NCBI GenBank assembly: GCA_964633205.1
Contig: CAZWFN010000016.1
Coordinates: forward strand, 50 to 64,049
From: an uncultured Myxococcales bacterium
GTDB taxonomy: Bacteria; Myxococcota; B64-G9
DNA: 64,000 nt
Direction of reading: 5' to 3'
A program made the position numbers and the translations under genes. The notes under the pieces were generated by a model that did no database searches, was not told where the DNA came from, and saw only the letters and a list, made by a program, of their open reading frames with translations. Shown here piece after piece: positions 45,465 to 55,487 of the stretch. Numbering within the stretch: position 1 is the stretch's first letter; each line of letters begins with the position of its first letter.

Positions 45465-46400
45465 TTAATCTATTCGGCCTTCGCGCTCCGGTGTGCCCTC
45501 GTCGAGGAAGGCGCGGAAGCGGTCCTTGAGCCTTTGTTCGACCTGCTGTACGCGCTGGCGGGTGATGCCGTAGGCGTCGCCGAGCTCCTGGAAGGTCTGC
45601 GGCTGCTCGGCCGCGATGCGGGCGTCCCAGATGGCCCGTTCGCGATCCTCCAGCGTCTCGCGGAAGTCCACCATGGCGTCGTGGATCTTGCGTTTCAGCT
45701 CGCGGTCGGCGACCTCTTCCTCGGGGCTGGCGCCGGCGGACTCGATCACGTCCAGCAGCGAGCGGCCGGTGACCGGGTGGGTGGCCTCGAGCGCGGCCTC
45801 GGGTCCGCTCATGCGCTTTTCCATTTCGCGCACGTCCTTTTCGGACACGTCGATGCGCTCGGCCAGCAGCCTGGAATCGGGCACGAAGCCCTCGCGCAGT
45901 AGATTCTCGCGCTCTTTGTTCAGGCGGAAGAACAGTTTGCGCTGGGCCTGGGTGGTGCCGATCTTGACCAGGCTGAAGTTCTCCAGGATGAACTTGAGGA
46001 TGTAGGCCCGGATCCAATACTGGGCGTAGGTCGGCAGGCGGACGCCCTTGTACGGGTCGAAGCGCTTGACCGCCTGCATCAGGCCGATGTTGCCCTCCTG
46101 GATCAGATCCAACAGGTTCTGGTAATACGAACGCAGCTCGAGGGAGATCTTGACCACCAGCCGCAGGTTGGCGGTCACCAGCTTGTAGGCGTACTGGGGA
46201 TCCTGGGTCTGCTCGTAGCGCACCGCCAGGTCGTGCTCCTCCTCGGCCGTGAGCAGATCGATGCGGCCGATCTCGTTGAGGTAGCGCTGCAAGGGATCGA
46301 GCTTGACCAGCTTGCCGGCATCTTTTTTGACGATGCCCTTGGCCGCCGCCGCCTTCCCCCCGTCCTTTTCGGGCACCTTTTTTTCCTGGTCGTCCGCCAT
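45465..46400 (-). CDS. RNA polymerase sigma-70 family factor, RpoH (sigma-32)-like
   Basis: QEGNIGLMQAVKRFDPYKGVRLPTYAQYWIRAYI (region 2). C-terminal region 4 HTH (LGDAYGITRQRVQQVEQR). Confidence 0.8.
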   Translation of the reverse strand: MADDQEKKVPEKDGGKAAAAKGIVKKDAGKLVKLDPLQRYLNEIGRIDLLTAEEEHDLAVRYEQTQDPQYAYKLVTANLRLVVKISLELRSYYQNLLDLIQEGNIGLMQAVKRFDPYKGVRLPTYAQYWIRAYILKFILENFSLVKIGTTQAQRKLFFRLNKERENLLREGFVPDSRLLAERIDVSEKDVREMEKRMSGPEAALEATHPVTGRSLLDVIESAGASPEEEVADRELKRKIHDAMVDFRETLEDRERAIWDARIAAEQPQTFQELGDAYGITRQRVQQVEQRLKDRFRAFLDEGTPEREGRID

Positions 46401-46577
46401 GGTCCGATCTCGTCTCGGCCCGCCTTCGGGCCCGTGGTGCTGGTGATTATACAGCGGGTGGGCCGGGAATCAACGATCGAGGCCACGGCGCGCCGATTGA
46501 CTTTCCGCGCCTGGCTGCATAGCATTGAACCGGCAACGATACGGAAGATACGGGAAGACCCGAACGGAGAGTGTTCT

Positions 46578-47129
46578 ATGCGCAGAATCTCGACGGCGAT
46601 TCTGGCGGTGGTGGTCGCCCAGGCCGCAGCCTCTTGTGGAGAGACGACCTGCGACCCGTGCCCGGTCAACGAGGACAGCGGCGAGAGCCTGTGCCTCAAG
46701 TGGGAGGGCACCTACCACGGCGAAATGGTCGGGCGCGGGGGCAGCTGCGCCGATTCCGCCGGGGATCAGGAGCTGCTTGATGGTTCGATTCGGCTCGACG
46801 TGTACGGCATCGGGCCCGGACCCGAGGGCGAGTCCACCCTGGTCTCGGTCGACATGACCGACGCCGAGGGCAACTGGACCACCTTCGACGGCTACATCTG
46901 CGACACCCAGGACGAGGAGCCCCCTTACAGCTACGCCTTCGACGTCTTGTACGAGGAGTCGGACGAGCAGCAGATGTTCTCGGTCAGCAACGTTCTTTCC
47001 GGCCTGCTGATCGAGGACGAGGCCGGCAACCCCTACCAGCTGAACGCCACCTACTCGGTCTCGTTCACCGATAGCGAAAATCCCGAAAACAGCTGCAGCA
47101 TGCGGGCCGACGTGACCACCGAACGCTGA
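46578..47129 (+). CDS. Small secreted hypothetical protein
   Basis: MRRISTAILAVVVAQAAASCG signal. Acidic, coding-like composition. Confidence 0.45.
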   Translation: MRRISTAILAVVVAQAAASCGETTCDPCPVNEDSGESLCLKWEGTYHGEMVGRGGSCADSAGDQELLDGSIRLDVYGIGPGPEGESTLVSVDMTDAEGNWTTFDGYICDTQDEEPPYSYAFDVLYEESDEQQMFSVSNVLSGLLIEDEAGNPYQLNATYSVSFTDSENPENSCSMRADVTTER

Positions 47130-47196
47130 GCCGAGGCGCGATGCCCTCATGAAGCCCTGAACGGTTACCGCGCAGCGGTGAACGGATCACATCGCG

Positions 47197-48156
47197 TCAG
47201 GGGATGTAGAGCCGCCCCTCGCGGGCCGCCGAGGCGCTCCGCATCAGCTGGCGGGCCGCTCGCTCGATGCGCATCAGGGCGCGGTCGTTGCGGCTCGGCT
47301 CGTGGTGGAACAGCAACAGCCGCTGCGCACCGGCGGCTTCGGCCACCCGGATGCCCTCGCGCCAGGTGGAGTGGCCCCAGCCCTGGCGGCCGTTGCGGTA
47401 CTCCTCGGGCGTATAGCAGGCGTCGTAGATCAGGATGTCGGCCCCCCGGCAGTGGTGCACCAGGCGTTGATCGAGCTTGTTGCCGTGCTCTGTGTCCGAG
47501 GCGTAGACGATCGAGCGGCCGCGGTAGTCGACGCGGTAGGACAGGGCGCGGCCCGGATGGTTGAGCAGCTCGGTGCGCACGGTCGCCGGGCCCACCCGCA
47601 GCCGCTGCTTGGGGCCGACGTCCTTGAACTTGAACCGTGCGCGCATGGCATCCAGCGGCACCGGAAAGTAGGGGCCGGCCATCTGGCCCGACAGGATGTC
47701 CTTGACGTTGCGGCCCTGGTGCGGCTGGCCGTGGATGACGAAGTGGTTGCTGGGGGCGAAGGCCGGGTAGAAGAACGGAAAGCCGTGGATGTGGTCCCAG
47801 TGGTAATGGGTGAAGTAAATGTGGGCCCGCACCTTGGCGGCCTCGCGCTGCAGCTTGGCTCCCAAGGGGCGGATGCCCGAGCCGGCGTCGAAGATCAGGA
47901 TCCGGTCCTCGACCCGAACCTCGAGACAGGGCGTGTTGCCGCCGTACTTGTTGGTCGCGGGCCGGGGTGCGGGCAATGATCCCCGGGTGCCCCAAAATCG
48001 CAGCGTAAAGGAACGATCCTGGTTTGCGGCCACGAGCGGCCCCCGCGTTTGACGCCGGCCCGGCTTGGCGCCGGTTCGGGCAATTCCATACCGGAACGCC
48101 CGACCGGCGGATCGGGCTGGCCCGGTGTCGGTGCCTCGATCCGATCGGTCGCTCAT
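47197..48156 (-). CDS. MBL-fold metallo-hydrolase
   Basis: HIYFTHYHWDHIHGFPFF (HxHxDH motif). 5' start uncertain, a GTG start is possible downstream. Confidence 0.7.
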   Translation of the reverse strand: MSDRSDRGTDTGPARSAGRAFRYGIARTGAKPGRRQTRGPLVAANQDRSFTLRFWGTRGSLPAPRPATNKYGGNTPCLEVRVEDRILIFDAGSGIRPLGAKLQREAAKVRAHIYFTHYHWDHIHGFPFFYPAFAPSNHFVIHGQPHQGRNVKDILSGQMAGPYFPVPLDAMRARFKFKDVGPKQRLRVGPATVRTELLNHPGRALSYRVDYRGRSIVYASDTEHGNKLDQRLVHHCRGADILIYDACYTPEEYRNGRQGWGHSTWREGIRVAEAAGAQRLLLFHHEPSRNDRALMRIERAARQLMRSASAAREGRLYIP

Positions 48157-48356
48157 GCGTCGCGCTTCGGGCGGCGCTGTGCCGATCGCATCTAATGTGC
48201 CCGATGGACGGGTACCAAGTCAACTTCGAGGCCTGCGCACTGGTGGGCCGCTGTTGACTTTGCGGGAGCGGCACTGCTATCTTGCCCTTGCTTCAAGCCG
48301 CCCCAAGATCCGCCCCCGGCGCCGGAGTCCGGACGGGCATCCGAAGGGAGGGAGGC

Positions 48357-48701
48357 ATGCCCAACAAGAGTGGCAATACCGCCGCCATGGTGATCAGCGG
48401 GGTGTTGATCCTGTTGGCCGTGGCCACGGTGGCCCTGCTGTCCAACTTCGCCGACGTGAGCTTCGGCTCCACCTGGCCGGTGCTGCTGATGGCCGTCAGC
48501 CTGGGCCTGCTGGCGTTTCGTTTCTGGGAGCTGGGCTTCGGCCTGTTCGGCTTCTTCTGCATCTGGCTGCTTTCGAATCTCGGGGTCATCCCGGCGTTTT
48601 CAAAGAGTTGGCCGTTCGCCCTGATCTGGATCGCGCTACTGGTGGTCATCGGTTTCCTGCGCGCGCGTTCCCAGAAGGGCCAGGCGGCCCGAGGAGGCTG
48701 A
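48357..48701 (+). CDS. Small integral membrane protein
   Basis: GGAGG RBS. Three hydrophobic helices. Confidence 0.45.
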   Translation: MPNKSGNTAAMVISGVLILLAVATVALLSNFADVSFGSTWPVLLMAVSLGLLAFRFWELGFGLFGFFCIWLLSNLGVIPAFSKSWPFALIWIALLVVIGFLRARSQKGQAARGG

Positions 48702-48702
48702 C

Positions 48703-49194
48703 ATGGGTTTCTGGGAGAAGGTCCTCCCCGGCTACAAGGGCTACAAGGGGCGCGAGGAAGGCCGCAACACCGACAAGCTGCTGCGCGAGCATCTGGCATC
48801 CAAGCTCAGGGAGGCGCGCGCCCATTTCGACGACTACAAGGTCGATCTGACCCGCCGCGGCAACCTGGGCCTGATGAACCCGGCCGAGAAGGTCACCCAG
48901 ACTCTGGGCCGGCTGATCGATCGCTTGCGCTACGCCAACTACGGCTTCAGCGGGCGCTGGATGGGGCAGAAGATCGATGTCGAGGAGCTGAACCAGGTCT
49001 ACGAGTTCGACAAGCAGCTGGCCACCCGGGTCGAGGAGATCGACAAGAGCATCCGGGCGCTGGACATGATCGAGGACGACGGCGAGACCACCTCGGCGCT
49101 CAAGAGCCTGGCGCACCTGATCCGCGAGGTGGACGAGGCGCTGAACGAGCGCGAGCAGATCCTGCGGACCTTTGGCGGCGAAGCCGTCGAGTGA
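48703..49194 (+). CDS. Hypothetical cytoplasmic protein (coiled-coil)
   Basis: Starts 1 nt after the preceding stop. No known domain. Confidence 0.45.
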   Translation: MGFWEKVLPGYKGYKGREEGRNTDKLLREHLASKLREARAHFDDYKVDLTRRGNLGLMNPAEKVTQTLGRLIDRLRYANYGFSGRWMGQKIDVEELNQVYEFDKQLATRVEEIDKSIRALDMIEDDGETTSALKSLAHLIREVDEALNEREQILRTFGGEAVE

Positions 49195-49234
49195 CCGCGG
49201 CGGCGGATCCAACGGCTGATCGGGAGGCAAACCC

Positions 49235-50437
49235 ATGGCAATCGAAGTCGTACAGAGCCTGGACGATACCGGCGAACTGATCGTCAGCCGATTTCCGGCC
49301 GACGGCGATGCGGACCTGAAGCTCGGTTCGCAGGTGATCGTGCGCGAGAGCCAGGCGGCGGTGTTCTTCCGCGGCGGCAAGGCGCTCGATACCTTCGGGC
49401 CCGGCCGGCACGTGCTGACCACGGCCAACCTGCCGCTGCTGGACAAGGTGATAAACCTGCCGTTCGGCGGCGACACGCCGTTCAAGGCCGAGGTCTACTT
49501 CGTCAATCTCAAGGTGTTCACCAACATCAAGTGGGGCACCCGCGAGCCGATCCTGTACCGCGACACCGACCTGGCCATGGTGCGGTTGCGGTCATTCGGC
49601 ATCCTGTCGTACCGGGTCGAGGAGCCGCAGCTGTTCATCAACAAGCTGGTCGGCACCCAGGGCACCTACTCGTCGTCCGAGATCGACGACTTCCTCAAGG
49701 GCGTGGTCATCGCTCGGCTGGCCGACTTTTTGGGCGAGAACCTCAAGAGCATCTTCGATCTGGCCCAGTACTACGACGAGATCGGTGGCGGCACCAAGGC
49801 CCGCGTCAAGGACGATTTCGCCAAGTACGGCATGGCGCTCGAGGATTTCCTGATCAACTCGATCAGCCCGCCCGAGGAGGTCCAGAAGAAGATCGACGAG
49901 CGTTCGGGCATGGCCGCCATGGGCAACCTGGACCAGTACATGAAGTACAAGGCGGCCCAGGCCATGCAGGATGCCGCCAACCAAGAGGGCGGCGGCGGCA
50001 TGGCCGGCGCCGGCATGGGCGCCGGGGTGGGCTTAGGCATGGGCATGATGATGCCCGGCATGATGGCCAACGCCATGCAGGGGGCCAACCTGCAGGGCCA
50101 GCCGGGCCAGCCTGGCCCGGGCGCCGCCGGACCGGCGACGGCTGCGGCCGGCGGGGCCGCCGCCGGCGCTGCGGCCGGCGGGGCGGCCGGTCAGATGGTG
50201 GCCTGCCCGAGCTGCAACCAGCCCAACCCGGCCGGATCCAAGTTCTGCTCCAACTGCGGCACCCAGATCCCGCAGCCCGGTGCCTGCCCCGAGTGCGGCG
50301 CGGCCAACCCGCCGGGCGCCAAGTTCTGCTCCAGCTGCGGCAACAAGATGGGCGGCGCTCCCCATTGCCCCGAATGCGGCAACGAGCTGCAGCCCGGGAC
50401 CAAGTTCTGCGCCAACTGCGGCCACAAGATGGGCTGA
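49235..50437 (+). CDS. SPFH (band-7)-like domain protein with a Gly/Met/Ala-rich linker and three C-terminal CxxC-x-CxxC zinc-ribbon repeats
   Basis: VVRESQAAVFFRGGKALDTFGPGRHVL... SPFH-like N-domain. CPSCNQPNPAGSKFCSNCG, CPECGAANPPGAKFCSSCG, CPECGNELQPGTKFCANCG. Confidence 0.7.
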   Translation: MAIEVVQSLDDTGELIVSRFPADGDADLKLGSQVIVRESQAAVFFRGGKALDTFGPGRHVLTTANLPLLDKVINLPFGGDTPFKAEVYFVNLKVFTNIKWGTREPILYRDTDLAMVRLRSFGILSYRVEEPQLFINKLVGTQGTYSSSEIDDFLKGVVIARLADFLGENLKSIFDLAQYYDEIGGGTKARVKDDFAKYGMALEDFLINSISPPEEVQKKIDERSGMAAMGNLDQYMKYKAAQAMQDAANQEGGGGMAGAGMGAGVGLGMGMMMPGMMANAMQGANLQGQPGQPGPGAAGPATAAAGGAAAGAAAGGAAGQMVACPSCNQPNPAGSKFCSNCGTQIPQPGACPECGAANPPGAKFCSSCGNKMGGAPHCPECGNELQPGTKFCANCGHKMG

Positions 50438-50452
50438 TCGGGGGGCTGCTGC

Positions 50453-51418
50453 TTACTCGATGGCGCAGGACTGGGGCAGCTCTCGGGGTGGGGTGTCGGT
50501 GTCGAGGAAGTCCTGGACCTTGAGCATGGCGGTGGTGCCGTCGCCGACCGCGGTGGCGATCTGGCGCACCGAGCGGGCGCGTACGTCGCCGACGGCCCAC
50601 ACCCGGGGATGCGAGGTGCGCATGTCGATGTCGGTCTTGATGAAGCCGCCGGCGTCGAGCTCGAGCTGGCCGCTGAACAGCTCGGTGTTGGGCTCGATGC
50701 CGATGAACACGAAGGCGCCGTCGAGCGCGATCTCGCTGGTCTCGTCGGTCTGGACATGGCGCAGCGTGAGCCCGGTCACCTTGTCCTCGCCCAGCACCTG
50801 GTCGACCACGTGGAACCAGCGGAAGTCGATGTTGTCGGCCGCCAGCGCCTTTTCCTGCATCACCTTCTCGGCCCGCAGCTTGTCGCGGCGGTGGATGACG
50901 GTGACCCGGCTGGCGATGCGCGACAGGTAGAGCGCTTCTTTGACCGCGGTGTCGCCGCCGCCGATCACCGCCACGTGCTGATCCTTGAAAAAGGCGCCGT
51001 CGCAGGTGGCGCAGTAGCTGACCCCGCGGCCCTTGAGCTTCTCCTCGCCGGGAACGCACAGCTCGCGGTGCTTGGCCCCGGTGGCCACGATCAGCGCCCG
51101 GCCGCAGTACTTGCCGTAGGCCCCTTCCAGCGTCACCCCGTCATCGGCCAGGCGGGCCTTCTCGATCTGGTCGAAGGTCACCTGCAGGCCGAAGCGCTCC
51201 ATCTGGGCCCGCATCCGCTCGGCCAGATCGGTCCCACTGACGGCCTCGGTCAGGCCGGGGTAGTTCTCCACCACGTCGGTGATGGCCATCTGGCCGCCGC
51301 CGCCCATGCCGTCGAGCACCAGCGTATCCAGCCGGGCGCGGCCGGCGTAGATGCCGGCGGCGAAGCCGCCGGCGCCTGAGCCGAGGATGAGCAGATCGTG
51401 GAGCTCGGTATCGGACAT
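50453..51418 (-). CDS. trxB: Thioredoxin reductase TrxB
   Basis: LILGSGAGG (FAD), VSYCATCDGAFF (redox-active CATC), VIGGGDTAVKEALYL (NADPH). Confidence 0.85.
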   Translation of the reverse strand: MSDTELHDLLILGSGAGGFAAGIYAGRARLDTLVLDGMGGGGQMAITDVVENYPGLTEAVSGTDLAERMRAQMERFGLQVTFDQIEKARLADDGVTLEGAYGKYCGRALIVATGAKHRELCVPGEEKLKGRGVSYCATCDGAFFKDQHVAVIGGGDTAVKEALYLSRIASRVTVIHRRDKLRAEKVMQEKALAADNIDFRWFHVVDQVLGEDKVTGLTLRHVQTDETSEIALDGAFVFIGIEPNTELFSGQLELDAGGFIKTDIDMRTSHPRVWAVGDVRARSVRQIATAVGDGTTAMLKVQDFLDTDTPPRELPQSCAIE

Positions 51419-51578
51419 GGCGCCTCCTGGTTCGCTGGCTGCAATCCCGCCATCTTGGTCCACACAGTAACCATTCGGCGCCGAAAGGCAAGCAGCTTCA
51501 CGGTGGTGGCATCGCGGCCGGGGGGGCGGTAGACTGGCCGGGTCGATCCGCTGGACCAGCAACGATCGAGGAGCGGTC

Positions 51579-53564
51579 ATGCGAGCTCGGTGTGCGATGG
51601 TGGTGGGGCTGTGCGTCGGTTTGGCAGCCGGGATGGCCGGGGCCCAGCCGGAGAAGTTCTCCCTGTCGATGTTCCATTTCAACGTCCAGTACGTGGCCGG
51701 TGGGCTGGAGGGCTACCCCAGCGGCGACGACGATCGCGAGGTCTACGACCTGGACGACGCCGAGGTCCAGGATCTGATCATCGTCGAGAGCTTCGAGCCG
51801 GTGCTGGATTTGTTTCTGGCCCATCCGGACTGGAAGGTCACCCTCGAGATGCAGGCCTACATGGTCGAGATCATGCTCGAACGCCACCCCGGCGTGCTGG
51901 CCAAGCTCAAGCAGCTGGTCGACGCCGGCCAGGCCGAGCTGGTCAGCTTCCACTGGTCGGACCAGCTCTTTCTGGCCTATCCGCGCCGCGACATGGCGGT
52001 ATCGCACCGGCTGATGGATCCCGTCTGGGAGCAGGCCGGGCTGTCGCCGGCGCCGGTGGTGTTCTGCCAGGAAGGCCAGTTCGGCGTCGGCATGCTGGCC
52101 TTCGGCGCCGCGCGCGGCCGGCAGGTGTTCGTGTTGCCCAAGAACCTGTTCCGCTATCAGCACCTGGGCGATTACGAGACCGCACCGCCGCTATATACCC
52201 GCGACGGGGTGGACGTGATCATTGGCTCGCGCTCCTTTGCCACCGACGCGGTGCAGGTGTCATGGAACTTCTTCGACGACGGCGAGCTGCTGGCCACCGG
52301 CGGTGCGGCCCCCTATATCGGCAAGGACTTCGTTGCCGACCCGGCGGCCGTGGCCGACTACGAGCAGGAGCTCGCGGCGCTGGCCGCCGACGGCTGGCGC
52401 ATCGCCACCATCGGCGAGTTCGTGGACTGGGCCAAGGCCAACGGCATGCAGCCGGAGCCGTTGCCGCCGGTGCTGGACGGCACCTGGCAGCCGCCGTCGA
52501 CCGACAGCATGCACCGCTGGATGGGGGCGGCGGGGCTGGTCGACTCGGCCTTCGGCGGCGAGCGCGACAACGCGGTGCTCAGCGGCAACGTGCGTGCCCG
52601 GCACCGCATCGTAGCCGCCGAGACCCTGGTGGCCCACCTGGAGCAGCAGGGCGCGCTCCAGCCCGGCAGCCGGGACGAGCAGCTGGCGGAGTGCTGGCGC
52701 GATGTGCTGCTGGCCCAGGTGTCGGACGCCTCGGGCATCAACCCTTTCGTCGGCGAGGTGCGCTACGGGCTGAACCACGCCGCCGCCGGCCAGGCCTGCG
52801 CCGAGGCCTTGCTCGAGGAGCTGGCGCCGCAGGTCGGCGGCCCGGTGGTGCTGATCGACACCAGCAGCGGCGAGGTGGGCGCGATCGACGACCGGCCCGG
52901 CGAATTGGCCAGCGAGGCCGACTCGCCGTTTTCGGAGGCCGCAGGCGAACGCATCGAGGCCGCCGGCCGGCCGGTGGCCACCCGCTGGGAGCAGGTGGGC
53001 GGACAGGAAGGTCGCTGGCGGCTGACGGTCACCATCGGCCCGCCCACCGAGCCCGGCCCCGGTGCCCCGCGGACCGCCACGGCCGTGTTTCCGCTGGCGC
53101 TGGATGGCTTCTATCTGACGCCGGGGCTGGTGGAGGACGATGCCGTGTTCACCCCGTTCTCGGCCTTCGACTTGCAGGAGGGCCGAATCGCCCTGCCGGT
53201 GGCCAACGGCCTGATCGGCCTGGATGAGCAGCGCTGGCTGATCAAGGAGACGCGCCACGTCCACCTGGCGGCCATTTTCGAGCCAGGCACGGGCGCGGTG
53301 CGTTTCGTGGATCAGACCCTGCCGCCGGACCGGGGAGTCGAGTGGATCTTCTGGGTGGTCGACGGTGACGAGCAGACCGCGGTCGAGCTGGCCGATCGGC
53401 TCAACCTGCACCCGCTGCTGTGGTGGGAGACGGGCGTCGAGAACGGCCGCGGCTGCAGCTGCGGCGGCTGGCCGCCGGCGGCCTGGCCGGCGGTCCTGCT
53501 GGGTCTGCTGGGTCTGCTGGGTCTGGCCCGGCGCCGGCGTCCGCCGACCGGGCTCAGTTCTTGA
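51579..53564 (+). CDS. Secreted GH57-like protein with a MYXO-CTERM sorting tail
   Basis: Signal peptide. SMFHFNVQYVAGG resembles the GH57 HxHxPYV motif (weak). C-terminus GRGCSCGGWPPAAWPAVLLGLLGLLGLARRRRP fits MYXO-CTERM. Confidence 0.5.
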   Translation: MRARCAMVVGLCVGLAAGMAGAQPEKFSLSMFHFNVQYVAGGLEGYPSGDDDREVYDLDDAEVQDLIIVESFEPVLDLFLAHPDWKVTLEMQAYMVEIMLERHPGVLAKLKQLVDAGQAELVSFHWSDQLFLAYPRRDMAVSHRLMDPVWEQAGLSPAPVVFCQEGQFGVGMLAFGAARGRQVFVLPKNLFRYQHLGDYETAPPLYTRDGVDVIIGSRSFATDAVQVSWNFFDDGELLATGGAAPYIGKDFVADPAAVADYEQELAALAADGWRIATIGEFVDWAKANGMQPEPLPPVLDGTWQPPSTDSMHRWMGAAGLVDSAFGGERDNAVLSGNVRARHRIVAAETLVAHLEQQGALQPGSRDEQLAECWRDVLLAQVSDASGINPFVGEVRYGLNHAAAGQACAEALLEELAPQVGGPVVLIDTSSGEVGAIDDRPGELASEADSPFSEAAGERIEAAGRPVATRWEQVGGQEGRWRLTVTIGPPTEPGPGAPRTATAVFPLALDGFYLTPGLVEDDAVFTPFSAFDLQEGRIALPVANGLIGLDEQRWLIKETRHVHLAAIFEPGTGAVRFVDQTLPPDRGVEWIFWVVDGDEQTAVELADRLNLHPLLWWETGVENGRGCSCGGWPPAAWPAVLLGLLGLLGLARRRRPPTGLSS

Positions 53565-54678
53565 AGCGCTGGAAGAAGCCCTTGCGCTTTTTGGCCACCT
53601 TGCGGCCGGTCATCTCGGCATACTCGCGCAGTACGTTCTCCTGGGCCTCGTCGAGCTGCTCGGGGATCAGCACCCGCAGGTGGACGATCAGATCGCCGCG
53701 GCCGTAGCCGCGCAGCCGCGGCACCCCGGCGCCGCGCACCACCAAGGTGTCGCCGGGCTGGGAGCCGCGGGGCACCTCCAGGGTCTTGCTGTCGTCGACC
53801 AGCTCCACCTCCACCTCGCAGCCCAGCGCCGCCTGGACGAAATCGATCTCGGCCTCGGTGTGCAGATCGTTGCCGTCGCGCACCAGCTTCTCGTGCGGGG
53901 CCACGTGCAAGAACACGAACAGGTCGCCCGGCGGTCCGCCGCGGCCGCCCGGCTCACCCTCGTTGGCCAGCCGCATGCGCATGCCGTCGTCGACACCCGG
54001 GGGCACGGTCACGGCCAGGGTGCGCTTCTTGGGCACCCGGCCCTCGCCGTTGCAGTCCTGGCAAGGCGACTCGATCACCTCGCCGGTGCCGCTGCAGATC
54101 GGGCAGGTGGTGGCCATGGTGAAGAAGCCTTGTGAGCGGACGATCTGGCCCGAACCACCGCAGTGCTTGCAGGACTGCCGCTCGCTGCCGGGCGCCGCCC
54201 CGCTGCCGCCGCAGGTCTCGCAGGCCACCGGGTGGGCGACCTCGATCTCCTTTTCGGTGCCCAGCACCGCCTCGGCGAACTCCAGCCGCAGGTCGTAGCG
54301 CAGGTCGGCGCCGCGCCGCGGCCCGCCGCGGCCGCGACCGCCGCGGCCGCCGAAGCCGAAACCGAACAGATCGCCGAAGATCGAGCCGAAGCTCGACAGG
54401 ATGTCCTCGACCGAGGAGAAGCCGGGCTGGTAGCCGGCGCCGCGCAGCCCATCGACGCCGAACTGGTCGTACAGCCGGCGCTTCTCCGGGTCCGCCAGCA
54501 CGCCGTAGGCCTCGGCGATCTCCTTGAAACGCTCCTCGGCCTCCTTGGACCCCTCATTGCGATCCGGGTGGTACTCTACCGCCAGCCGCCGGTAGGCGCG
54601 CTTGATCTCGACCGCGTCGGCGTTTTTCGAAACGCCCAGAACCCTGTAGTAATCCGTTCCGCTAACCGCCAAGCCCAA
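53554..54678 (-). CDS. dnaJ: Chaperone DnaJ
   Basis: DYYRVLGV...HPDRN J-domain. G/F-rich region. Four CxxCxGxG zinc-finger repeats. TTG start at 54678 or 54672. Confidence 0.85.
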   Translation of the reverse strand: MGLAVSGTDYYRVLGVSKNADAVEIKRAYRRLAVEYHPDRNEGSKEAEERFKEIAEAYGVLADPEKRRLYDQFGVDGLRGAGYQPGFSSVEDILSSFGSIFGDLFGFGFGGRGGRGRGGPRRGADLRYDLRLEFAEAVLGTEKEIEVAHPVACETCGGSGAAPGSERQSCKHCGGSGQIVRSQGFFTMATTCPICSGTGEVIESPCQDCNGEGRVPKKRTLAVTVPPGVDDGMRMRLANEGEPGGRGGPPGDLFVFLHVAPHEKLVRDGNDLHTEAEIDFVQAALGCEVEVELVDDSKTLEVPRGSQPGDTLVVRGAGVPRLRGYGRGDLIVHLRVLIPEQLDEAQENVLREYAEMTGRKVAKKRKGFFQRFKN

Positions 54679-54754
54679 CCTCGATTTCGTCTGTGAGCGT
54701 CTTCGCTGTGAAGCCCCGGGCGCTGCTGATCGGACGACCGGCGCCGGAATCCCG

Positions 54755-55351
54755 TCAGTCGCTGCGGGCCACGCCCACCCGCACGCCGGCCGGCCGCACC
54801 ACCCGTTCGCCGAGCCGGTAGCCGCTGCGGATCACGTCCAGCACCTGGCCTTCGCGCTCGGGCTCGACCTTCGCCGTGGCCATCGCCTCCATCAAGTTGG
54901 GATCGAAGGCCGCGCCCGCGGCTGCGATCGGCTCCAGCCCCAGGCCGGCCAGCCGCTCGTGGAGCTGGCGCAGCACCAGCTCGGCGCCCTGGTGCAGCGG
55001 GTCGTTGCGCCCCTGCTGGTCGCAGGCCAGCAGCAGCCGTTCGAGGTTGTCGACCACCTCGACGAAGGGCTCGGCCAGCCGGGCCTTCTCCACCGCCAGC
55101 CGGCGCTCCTGGTCGCGCTCCAACCGGGTGCGCACCAGGCTCATCTCCTCGCGCACCTGCTTGTGGGCCTGCTGCAGCTCGGTCAGCCGCTTGCCCTGCT
55201 CGGCCAGCTGCTCCTCGAGCTGCTCGACGTAGGTCGGCTTGGCGGGATCCACTTGCTCCGGCTCGGCCGCATCGTCACGTTCGTCCAACCACCACCGGCG
55301 ATCGTTGACCGTGAAGCTCGGTTTGCGCGCATCGTCATCGGTGCGGGCCAT
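54755..55351 (-). CDS. grpE: Nucleotide exchange factor GrpE
   Basis: Coiled-coil N-terminus. C-terminal GrpE core ...VLDVIRSGYRLGERVVRPAGVRV. Confidence 0.8.
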   Translation of the reverse strand: MARTDDDARKPSFTVNDRRWWLDERDDAAEPEQVDPAKPTYVEQLEEQLAEQGKRLTELQQAHKQVREEMSLVRTRLERDQERRLAVEKARLAEPFVEVVDNLERLLLACDQQGRNDPLHQGAELVLRQLHERLAGLGLEPIAAAGAAFDPNLMEAMATAKVEPEREGQVLDVIRSGYRLGERVVRPAGVRVGVARSD

Positions 55352-55453
55352 CTGTTCAATCGCCTCCAGTCATGAAAAGCCAGTTGCAATGTACACATGC
55401 GCGGGCGCGCGTCAAGCGCCGGGCGGTTTTTGTGGATCCCGGCGATTGACAGC

Positions 55454-55487
55454 CCGACCGGGCCTTGCCTATATCTACCACCAGCCA
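55454..55487 (+). promoter_or_regulatory. Sigma-70-like promoter TTGACA-N18-TATATC upstream of the S26 peptidase-like gene
   Basis: cgaTTGACAgcccgaccgggccttgccTATATCtacc read directly. A TTGACG-N17-TACATT element on the opposite strand faces grpE. Confidence 0.4.

Noticed and set aside
42880-46017. 1045-aa minus-strand ORF and 869-aa plus-strand ORF overlapping the TLC-HEAT-cNMP gene
   Set aside because: Arg/Gly/Pro-rich alternative frames. The chosen frame shows a polytopic membrane domain and a cNMP-binding motif.
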